Assembly (NCBI GenBank): GCA_001642005.1 | Contig: LWCA01000028.1 | Span: forward strand, 9,511 to 73,510 | Length of the DNA: 64,000 nucleotides | From: Intoshia linei | Lineage: Eukaryota; Animalia; Orthonectida | Direction: 5' to 3' | In this document: in pieces, positions 41,442-52,700 of the stretch | Position numbering within the stretch: position 1 is the stretch's first letter | Layout: every line of letters begins with the position of its first letter | Translations under genes and position numbers: made by a program | The notes under the pieces: model-generated | The model's input: the letters and a program-made list of their open reading frames with translations, nothing else | The model's database searches: none | What the model was told of the DNA's origin: nothing

Positions 41442-42989
41442 TTAATTGTTAATCAAAGTTGATCTTGTTTCCTCCATTAATTGAGGCATCAGTCGTTTTT
41501 CTGGTGGAAGGTGGCTATTATAATTGAGGACAATTTCTCGATCGGCAGGGCAGCTTTTGCTAAATATTTCATCGTTATAAATGTGTTTCAAATATTCTTT
41601 AATTGATGGAAATTCATTGACAATGTCAGTTTTTTGAAATTGCTAAATAAACAAAATTGTAAGACTTGATTCGAAAATACCATCAAAAACACACGCGTAT
41701 GGTGCAAAATCACAGAAAGACTACAATCCGAAAACGACAATTCGTCATTTTCAGCGAAACGTAGACCTTTCTGATGATTTTTAAGAAGGTGTTTGTCTAT
41801 AGTGTGTAAGCTGTTCATTAAGGTTCCCAGCTTTGCTTCTGACCAAGTACGAACGTACTGCAAAAAATACTAAAATTATTATTATTTCGTTAATAGAAAT
41901 TAACTCTTAGTGTGTTTGTATGCGTGGAGGCAGCATTGCCATATTCTTCGCTATTGATGCAATTGTAAAAATAGTCAAAACTATCTAGATAGTCGTCAAT
42001 GTCAGTCACAGATACGGCTGTTGTTTCTACGCCATTCTTTGTTATTTTCATAATGTGGCATTGGCTACCACTGCTGAAATTTCGTACCTCCTTCGGGGGA
42101 TTTTCTTTGTTTCAAAATTATTTATATTTAAATTTTTTTTATTTGACAATATTACATTATAGTCAAAGGTGTTACAGTTATGTACCAGTAAAATTAAAAG
42201 AATTAGTTTATTTTTGTAAAATAAATTATTGCAGTTGCCAAATGTAATTTTATCTCAAAGCCTAGAAGACCGCTAAATTATGATTTTAAAAATCCTGCCA
42301 TTAATATAATTTAATACAAAATACCATTTCAAGCCTTTTATGTAAAACCCCAACGCATTTACAAAAAACCTTTTAATCCAATTTTACCAACCCTTAAGTT
42401 AAAGTAATATCTCTTTTCTTATATTTGTTTGAAAACTTTGATTTCACTGAAACCTCACCAGAAAACTGTTTATTTAACCACAAAATAAAAAACCAAAATT
42501 TTCTGAGTGCTGAGTTGTAAACATGTAAACAAGCGTGATTGTATTCAGTTTACAAATTCCTAAAGGTGTGGTGTAAATTATATATATATATGCAATAGAT
42601 CAACTAATACTCTTATCGAGAATTACATTATATAACATTCAAAATTCAAAAAGTAAGGTCACAATGTATTATCATTAAAAGATACCAATTGCAAAAGAAG
42701 TTACAGTAAGGTGAATAAGTTTATGTTTCATCATAATCATGAGAGTCATAAAATACGATTGACACATTTGACAGGATCCTAGCTTTTTCTAAAGCACTTT
42801 TATTTAACAAAAAAACAAGAAACTTTATCCATGCCAGCCTAAACTCAAAAATAGAATATACAAAAAACTTTATACCCTGACAAAATATTCAACACATGGT
42901 AAATCATTTGGCGTTTTTTCTTGTATACTCTAAAATAATTATGTATGTCCCCTGTAATAAATGTTTACTTGGTTCGCAACATCCGACAT
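41442..42989 (-). CDS. CLIC: Chloride intracellular channel (CLIC/EXC-4-like, GST fold)
   Basis: Spliced: VEYFVRAGMDKKKLGSCQMCQSYFMTL...LTVTSFAIENPPKEV...NDELSFSDCSL..LHHTRV...YLKHIYNDEIFSKSCPADREIVLNY. Collinear with invertebrate CLIC motifs (GxCxxCQxYFM, CPADxxI). Confidence 0.88.
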
Positions 42990-43139
42990 TTGTGGAATAA
43001 AAATTAAATAAATACAAATAAAAAAGTTAGTATTAATAATATTTAATATCTATAGTAATAATAGAGCTATCACAATACTGTATAACTAAACATATAATTG
43101 GATGTTTACAAATTAAACAACAAATATAAACAATGGCTA

Positions 43140-43496
43140 TTATTGCGGTAATCTTGACTTGGATAAATAATCCATAAACCTTGACGCTTCTAAAGATCGT
43201 TTTCCTAAAAAACGGTTGAATCGCTCGTCCGAATTTTCGATTCGTTCCAATAATCTTCGCAGTTCTTCAGATGCTTGTGATCCATATTGATTAATGCTTC
43301 TCGTTTGCATAAACTCATCATTTAGACGACCATTAATTACTTTTCCATTTGGGTAACCGACGTCATTATAAAACTGCTTCCACTTTCTAAATATCGGTAA
43401 AGCGACTTTGTTAACATCTGGGTCTGAATTTTGTGAATTTACTCCAACAAAGATTAAAATATAGTAGAATTTCATAAAACAATTTTTCGAAATCAT
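43140..43496 (-). CDS. Putative neuropeptide precursor (signal peptide, amidated peptide ending RFNRFL-GKR)
   Basis: Single-exon 118 aa ORF with a hydrophobic N-terminus (FYYILIFVGVNS|Q), basic sites RK, RR and KR, and a GKR amidation/cleavage signal. Confidence 0.7.
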   Translation of the reverse strand: MISKNCFMKFYYILIFVGVNSQNSDPDVNKVALPIFRKWKQFYNDVGYPNGKVINGRLNDEFMQTRSINQYGSQASEELRRLLERIENSDERFNRFLGKRSLEASRFMDYLSKSRLPQ

Positions 43497-43713
43497 TATT
43501 AAAATGAAACTTAATGAAATCTATTGATTGCAACTTTTATTAAGAATGTAAATAAACGACACCACTTTTATTAATTGAAATGAGCAAAGTAATACATGTA
43601 TAATTATAAACTAGGTACTACTGCAGAACGGATCAGAAGTCAAAATCGATAAAAGAACATACTAAAACATTTAATTTACACATGTCAAAATATACACAGA
43701 AATTAAAACAATG

Positions 43714-46700
43714 TTAATTTTGATGATTCCCCATATTAGCATTAAAAGGACCTGGAGGATAATTCAAACTCTTCACATCATTAATATCCATTTGGGCTGG
43801 GTTGAAATTGACAGGGTTGTAATTTGCATTATTTGAGTAAATGTTGCGGTTTAATGGCACGTAATTGTTAATAGGAATAAAATTTCGAGGATACTGGTTT
43901 TGGCCACCCAGATAGGGTTGCTGCATTCTGTAATATTTCATATCGTTGGGGTAGTAATTTTGTGGAACCTGGATTGGTTTGTTCATAAGATTATTTTGTG
44001 TATTTGGGTTAAAATTATAAGGATATGCAGGACGAGGTTGGTTCACCACAGATTGTCCGTAATTAAAAATTTCTGGTTGTCTGTAAAAATCAAAAGACTG
44101 GCTGTATTGGCTCATGACAATATGCTGGTTTTGAGCTCGTTCATTTTCTGCGTACAAGTTATTATTATAAATTTTTTCTCTGTATATGTTCTCATTTTGT
44201 GGTTTTTCCATTTCGTTCATAAAAAGTGGATTTTGTCCATGATACATATTGTCATTTTGCAAATTTACTGGTAAAAATTTATCTGCTTTGGTATCAGGGC
44301 TACTTACTATGCTAGTATCAGTATGCATGTTTTCATCTCCAGCTCGGACATGGCTTTTATGCTTTCGTGATGAAATTATATTAGCTACCCTTGCTTTATC
44401 ATGCGTTTCTTCGTTTTTGACATGTTTTGGAGCACGGTCATATGATTTTAAACTGTGGTTATTTTTACACAAACAACTCTTTTTACATTTACTTTTATGG
44501 CGACGTTCACCCTTATGTTTAGAATGTTTGTCGCTACCTTCACATGTACTCGACTGACTAAATTCTGGCGTATGTTTTCCATGAGCATTCTTATCATGTT
44601 TTGACTTTTTACTTTTTTCACTTGGGACATTTCCTGATTGAGCATCTAAAAAATAATTTCAATAAAACAATTTGATTTTGAATTATATCATACAAATTTT
44701 TAAAATGTATATATGAAAAAATTATGGTCAAATTCTATTAGTGCGACCATCAAATGTTAATTACCCAGTCAATTAAAAAATTATCTGTGGGTCTAATGTT
44801 TTCAATTGGTAGAGGTACCGAGTTAATTATACATTTTTAATTTTGTTGTCTAGCTTAACCTAGATGCAACGGAATATAAGTACAAATAATTCAAAAATAA
44901 ACGACCTTAAAAAAGTAAAATTAACAAACTATTTTATTTTAATGTACACTATCTGTAAATAAAAATAAACAAAACTTTTGATAACATAATAATCCAGTTT
45001 TACATTTGCCATAATTAAAAAATTTTTTTAATTTGTTATTTTCCAAACTGTGGGTTTCAACTCTTTTATGTCTTACCTGTAACAATTAACTAATTAATTA
45101 ATTTCCACAACATGGAATACACTTAAGTGATAATGTTTCATAAAAGTAGTATAATTTGTACATCCAAGGACAGTTTAAACCAAGACGAAATACGAGGCGT
45201 TCTAGTAAAAAAGATTGTGGGATTTTTTTGTCAAGTCTTTCAATTGCCTAATAATAATTAAATAAAGCAAAAAAAATCCCGCTCACAATCTTTTTTACTA
45301 GAACGTCTCGTAATCCGTCCTGGTTTAAGCTGTCCTTGGTACATGTTAGGGATAATTATCCCTATAATATACAGTACATTGTATTTGCATGATAAAAATA
45401 TATACAAATTAATAAACGTTTATCAAACTAATTAATTCACAACAAAATATCCTTTTATGTCAAACACATAATTTTTAATTTACAAATTGTAACATTAAAC
45501 TTAAAAATACAATATATCTGACAACTTATTATTGATAACTCAATAAAAATAATTGCATTTCTCTGATAATGTATTTTTGTCGTTATTGCGAAAAATACAA
45601 CCCAAATTAATAAATAAATAATAATCATTAAACTACATTATATATAGATGAATACATTTTTGTAAAAAATTTACAATATATGTAATAAAAATTGGCTAGT
45701 CTTCGTCTCAAATTGTAATTTTGGGCAAGATTTTGAAATTGAAATTTATGATAATTTTAAAATCTATATTAGAGTGTATACATTTTTAAATTCTAGGACT
45801 CGGTTGATTTAAAAAAAGGATATATGTGGTTTTTGACCTCAAGGACTCAATTTCTGATAAAATCTCAAACTCGAAAAACTACATTAGAAATTTGAAAAAC
45901 TACGCCTCTACCTTTCTTAACCCTTTCCCTTTCAATTTTATGTACTATCACTACACGTCTGAAATTAATAAGGCCGTCATTTACGGAAAAATGAAATTTT
46001 ACCAACTACGAAAGCTTTAAAAGATTGAGTAGTTCCATATTAACCCGTGTCACCCTCATCTACATGCATACTATGATAAACAATTACTAGGTGGTAGTTT
46101 AGGATTCCATTCTGTTACCCCTTTTTGTTTCATCATTAACGGGACAATTTTTTCAAAAAAGTATCGCCTGTAACTATTTGATATATTTTGCAATTCATAA
46201 TTATGAATAGACTTCAATCTCATCATGGCTTGAACATGTCTAAAATAAATTAAAATAAAATAAAAAAAAAGTAACTTCATAACAGTTTGCTGGTAATCTT
46301 GATTATTGTAAAGGGCAGCCAGAAAATGTTGTTCCAAGTTTCCATCCTCCAAATTAAAATCAGTAGTAAAGTTAAAATTATGACTTTTATAAAGACTATC
46401 GACATCAGTTTCAATAATATTAGAAGTGGAACTAAAATTATACGAATTTGCATCATTTGTATGAATAGGATTATTCCAGGATTTATCGGAAAACATGAAT
46501 GGATTTAAACCGTACGAATTTTTATTGGTAAATCGATTTGAACGTTGATTCAAAGATTTTTGATCAATATTCTTAAAAAAAATTGAAGATTCAGTGGATT
46601 CTGTTCCAATGTTTGTTGCGATTTTATTAATTTGAAAAATATTGTTACAAATGGAAACAAAGAGACTTCCGTAAAGAGGATCCGTAATCATGGAGTCGCT

Positions 46701-49700
46701 AAGAATTTTTAAATTTAATTCAGTGTCTTTACTGTTTTCATCTTCTGGGATAGTTTTAGATATATGAAACTCATCATTAGTTGAATTTCGTATGAAATAT
46801 GCAAACACTCCGATAAAAATTTTTTGTTCGTCCTTTTCAATATCGTACATAGATAAATTCAAAACATTAATACATTCTACAAGTTCCACTTCCAAATAAT
46901 CCAATGATTGTGGCAGAATATTCAAATTTTTAGTTGATTTGGAAAATTCAAAAAGGGCCTTATAAATTGGTTTCACCAACTTTTGTTTCAAACAATAATT
47001 CACAGAATCTGAAAGTAATTCATTTCCAGCATAAGAAGTTTCCATGTCCTCATTATCATCTATATAAATCTTTTGAGATTCTGAACAAGTTTCATAATTC
47101 TTTTCCTCTTCCACTTCTACAGTGTCATTATTCTCACTTTCGATAATTTGTAATGTATCCTCCTGGTCTTCATTGTTTGACTGGACTTCGGTTTGGTCGT
47201 CGATAGATGTTACTTCAATGTCATTGTCTGTTTGAACTTCTTCCTGGTTGTCGTTAGATTGAACATCTTCATTTACAGAAACATCAATTTCATTGAAATC
47301 GTTTGTATCAATTTGATTAGAACTGTAATCACAAACATTGCTATGTTGCGTTTCGTCATTTTCATCTCGACTTTGACACTTTTCACAAGGACATTCTTTT
47401 TCTTTGATGTCGTCATCCGTTGCCGACACTGCCACAGAATCTGTCTTACTGTTATCGATATTGCTAGAATCGATCATATGAGTATACTCAGAAGAACACT
47501 TTGGTTGTTTATTCTTGACGACTAAATCCATGGCTAAATCGCTTTCATTCTGATTAATTAAATCGCAATTATTAACAGGATCATCACAAGGTACTGCACT
47601 CATAATTGAAACATTTGAATGAACTGAATAAGAATCAAATTCATCTTGGATAGACGTTTTTGAATATTCAAGGCAGTAAATGTTATTTTTGGATATAGAA
47701 TCAGATGGTTGGGCTTGATTGGATACAATCCAATTCGACTCACCTTCCACTTGCGTTGAAACTAGTCTTTTATTCTAAAAAAAATTATCAATATATAAAC
47801 ACTAGGGCGTTACATTTTGTCCACAAGAAAATACATGGTCGCATAATAATTTACATTTTTCTTTAATTGTATAGTCAATACACTCTAATATTTGCAAAAA
47901 TGGACTCCCACACGACATTTAATATTAATTAAAAACTAACTTAAATTAGATTAGAATAGTTAAAAGGCAAATTTATTATCACTCAATATCAAGACCCTTA
48001 GGCGGTTTTCCTAGTTTTAAAAATTATTGCAATAAAATACTAAAACTTCACAACAAAATTAAAGCCAATTACACAATTAAATTTAGTACCGGATACTTGA
48101 AAAATACATAATTAATTAAAGTGTCACAATTTTTAAATGTTAATTTTAGGCTCTAAATAACATTTAGTAACAATTATAATTGTTATATAAGATCAAAATG
48201 TCACGTAATATTCTATACTAATGGTGGCCAAACACGGCCCGCGTAATCATGCTTTCATACTTATGTTTACATTCAAATTTTGAAATTTATTGTTTACATT
48301 GTAAATTTTACATGTCACATTCTATTTAGATAATTAACCGTCTATTTTTGCGCATAAGATAAAATTTTCTTATCTTTATCTCCTTAATAAAACAATTGTA
48401 TATTTTTAATTAGATTAACTAAATGCAATGATATAAAAATTAAATTGTTTGGTTGGTTTTATCAATAGTTGAACAAAAAAATTATTTTTATTATTTATCA
48501 ATAATAGACTAATTTTTTTTTATATTTGATCAAATTTTCTTTTATTGTTTGCAAAAAAATAATTATAAATACGTACAATTTTGAAACTTAATAATTAAAA
48601 TATACTCCAAAAATAATAATTGTTAATTATTCAAATGGAATTTTGACTCTTTAATATTTAAATAAAGCAATCAAATTTACAAGCCAAAATAGAATTTTAA
48701 TCAATTTAAATTGTTTCATGTGTATTCACGATATTTTATCGAATAAAATGAGTTTTTTGAACTCAAATTCAAGTGAATATCAAGACTCTTGCTATAAAAA
48801 TTTAACACAAAACAATTGATATTCAAAAAAATAAATTTTTCAAAGTCAAATTGGAAAAACTAGGCCTTCGTTTTACAAAAATTTTTCAAAGAGTAATACT
48901 AAAAAAAGTTTAGCTACCACTGCAATATGCATGGGCGAAGGTGAATTTAAACATTTACCTCCAATTCTTTTGAAAGTCGTTTGATTTCGTATATAATCAT
49001 GACAAGTTCATTGAGAGGAAGTAAACGAAGATTTAATTTGATATCAAAAATACTCTAAAAATAAAAATTAAAAAATATGATTTAAAATACAAATTATAAT
49101 TACAAAATTTTCGTCATTACGAATGTCTGTATCTTTGTTATACCTCGATAAAATGGATAACCAATAATTATCATCGCTAAAAATAAATACATACATTACA
49201 ATTTAAAATACCGTTTTGATTGATTCGTAAGTATTTCTTCTAATAAAAATAAAAATTATCGAATAAACTTGATAAAAACCTAGGCTGGATATTAACCGAT
49301 CTAGTGATAGACTACTATACATTTCACCCGTATCTAAAGCAGAAAACTGATTGACATTTTCTCCTTCAAAAATTTTTTGATCGGTATCATATGAAGTAAT
49401 CAAAATTCCACCTTCAAATATATCCGAAATAGTCAATGTTTCATCTGGAACGTCTTCACTAAAAATAAAAAAGTGTTATTTACACTAAAAAATATTACAA
49501 ATCCAGTGGTTCCTGAATAGCGATAGGAGCTAAAATGAATTAAAATACAAAATCTTAATAATCATTTTAGTTCATGTAATGTGACGCCACTTTATGTTTA
49601 AAATTGTGATTCTCAAACTAAAATGGTTACTGCAGTGCACTGGTACGAGAAAGATTAAATGAATATCATAGTTTATTTGCAACAGGAGTTTTAAAATCTT

Positions 49701-52700
49701 TCATACACCCATATATTTTATATAAATAAATTTACTTTGTTCCGAATCATAAATTATAACAGCGTTTCTCACCTTTTTTACTCTTGTGGACCATGGAAAT
49801 TTGTAGTTAGATTAAATTTTAACATAAGTTTCAATGGTGAACATTTCTTATTTATTCGAAAGAAATGTGTTATTTTTAATATAATATAAATAATATTCTA
49901 CTGATTCTTCGTAGTTGAGAAACGCTGCTCTATTTTTTGACATTTTTTGGAAAATATCAACCCAGTTATGGTTGAATAACAAGGTTTAAAAAAATATAGT
50001 ATTCTACATTATTTATCTCGCATAAGTATATCAAATTCCAAAGTGGGAGTGTATTAGTAAAGTATAGATAAAATACTGCATTTCCATATGTAAAACTCTT
50101 AAAGTGTTTGTATTGTGCCGCAAACCAAAAAGTTTGAGAATCACTAGTTTGATTAAAAAAATACTCTGATAATCCAATAAAATTCTTGATGTATCTATAG
50201 CGTATTTTATGTAGTCGTTCAATTTAGCTCTAGCAGCTTTGGTTAAACGCGGTAATATAAAGTATGAAGAAATTGCATCTCTAATTGAAAATTCGGATCG
50301 CTCGTTTACTAAAAATTGTTAAATTAATATTAATAACTTGAAAACGTTTTTCAGGGTTTGCAGGTTTTGATTGTAGATGAAAAATAATTTTTGAACGCGG
50401 GTAAGCTATAAATTGATCCAATGCAACCTCCAGTTTAATTTCAGGTTTTTGTACAAAAAAAGGTAATTTTAATAATTCATCCATTGATATTCTAACCAAA
50501 TTATGACCATAAACTTAAAATAATACCTATCAGGAAGTTCTTCTATACATCTGAAAACTAATGCTTTTATTTCTAAATCCCTGATCATATAAATTTCTTT
50601 CGGTTTTATTCCCTAAATAATAAATAATTGTTTTGTAAATAAACATCATTGTATATATACAATGGGGCCAGGTGATCCGCACTTTTTTTAATATCAAAAT
50701 GGCATATACATTATCATATACTATATACCAGTGATTCTTAACCTGGGAAATAGCGCCCCCCTTGGAGCGATATGGGTGGCAAAAATATTTTTATCGCATC
50801 AGTTGGGATTCCAATATAACATCAGATTATAACCGTTCAATGAGCCTAGCTGGCACAGTCGTTATAGTCACATGATTATTTTGTAGAAAGGGTTTGTATT
50901 CATTTTTGGAATGTTACTATTATCTATTGGAATCTTAATGTTACTATTGGCCTTTCCATCTACTTACCTTGTTGAGAAAAGTTTTAGCGTAGTAACTGAT
51001 CTTCAATCAAAAAAGCGGAACAAACTACATTTATCAAAACAGTGACTTAAAATTATGCTTAACAAATATAGCTCCTGATATTGAAAAATTATCAAATAAT
51101 CATCAATATCAGGGTAGCCATTAATAATAAATTTTATCTTTTCTTTGTAAAGCTTAAACATTTATAATGTCATGATTCCATTTAATATTTCTAATTTCAA
51201 ATTTGTTAAATTTATTCATTATAATATATTTTTCTTTTTTTTACATACTCAGTTTTTATGGTATTTTTTGTATACATTATTTTCATGATCCATCAAATTA
51301 AAAAAATAATTTCCAATTTCATTTGCATATTTCTTGAGATACCAAAAAAACAATCATTAATTGCTTTTTTTATTGTATTCTGTATCAAATCTACTGTTAA
51401 AAAAATTTCTGTATAACATGCATTGCACATTCATAACCTTTGTAAATTAAAAAATATCGATTGTCTTTATGAGGCGATAATTTTATTTTTGTTGAAAAAT
51501 GGCCGAATACGATTGCGATTTAATGATTACGATAAAATGATGGCTGAGATGCGGCAATGGCCGCCAAGAAATTTGAGATTGAACCGTCATACATTCTTAA
51601 CTGTAAACAAAAGAGAAACAAAAAATTTCATTGAATATTTGACCTAAGTAAAAAACCTGTATGACAAAATAGCGCAACAAATTTGTAGAAATTTTGAATT
51701 TTTAAAAAAACAAGTTGTTAATTAAATTCATCATTACGGATATTAAATAAATGTACTCGTCCTAAAAGCTATGACATGTTTGCCTAACCCGAATTATAAT
51801 GAGGACACTTTCAATTTAGATATAATAATGATCAAGGATGATACCAGCATTGCTGTTTTATTACCAGCAAAATTAATCAATTTTTTGAATACGATTAAAT
51901 TTTGATGTATAATCACAATTTGAATTAATTTAGAATAAAATCTCTTATTATCATTTCATATTATCGTTCAACAGCATGAATTCATTAAAACACTTTAAAA
52001 AAGACGGAGTTAATTACATGCAATGTTTAGTATGCTCAAAAAGAATCAAATACATAAATTCTCATTCACACATGGCGTCATTGAGGAACCATTTAAAAAT
52101 ACATGGTGACTTGGACAATGTTTCTGTCACGCCAAAAATAACGAGTATTTTAGCAATTAAGAAAGATGAAAAATTTCCAAATTTGCCACATATTCCATAT
52201 CATTTTGTTAAGAATATACAAGATAATTATTCTTCACTATATAGTAATTACTCTGGAATGATTGATATTCAATATGTTGATACTATAAGTGGAAAGTGGA
52301 GAGATGACTACAATAAGTTGTATCAATTGGTTAATGGTCATAAAACCCTTAGAACTTATCATTGCAATCCGAAAATTAACTTTAGAAAACCATGTAGCAT
52401 CTCAAATGCTAGATGGAACTCTAGAAGTATATACTGCCTCAAAGCTTTTATATTAAACGTGGATAGAACGCCAAATATGATCGAAGCGTGTAATTTCATA
52501 TCTTACGTGTGGAGCAATTGCTGGTTTACGTGTCGTTTCCAAAAAGACACCTACAAACCTTTGGTAATTATTTAAACACAATAGTTTTTCGCCAAACTGA
52601 ACGTCTCCGTAATCAATGTTATCTTAAATATGGTCAAACTAAGATAAGCCCTCGGTATATTCTACTCATACATAGTTATAAATATTTATATACAAATCGT

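Noticed and set aside
43900-44557. Plus-strand ORFs of 124 and 102 aa
   Set aside because: Antisense shadows of the terminal WNK exon.
46071-47750. 559-aa acidic ORF as an independent novel gene
   Set aside because: It starts at GTG downstream of a splice acceptor, joins upstream WNK exons in phase, and reads through a short intron.
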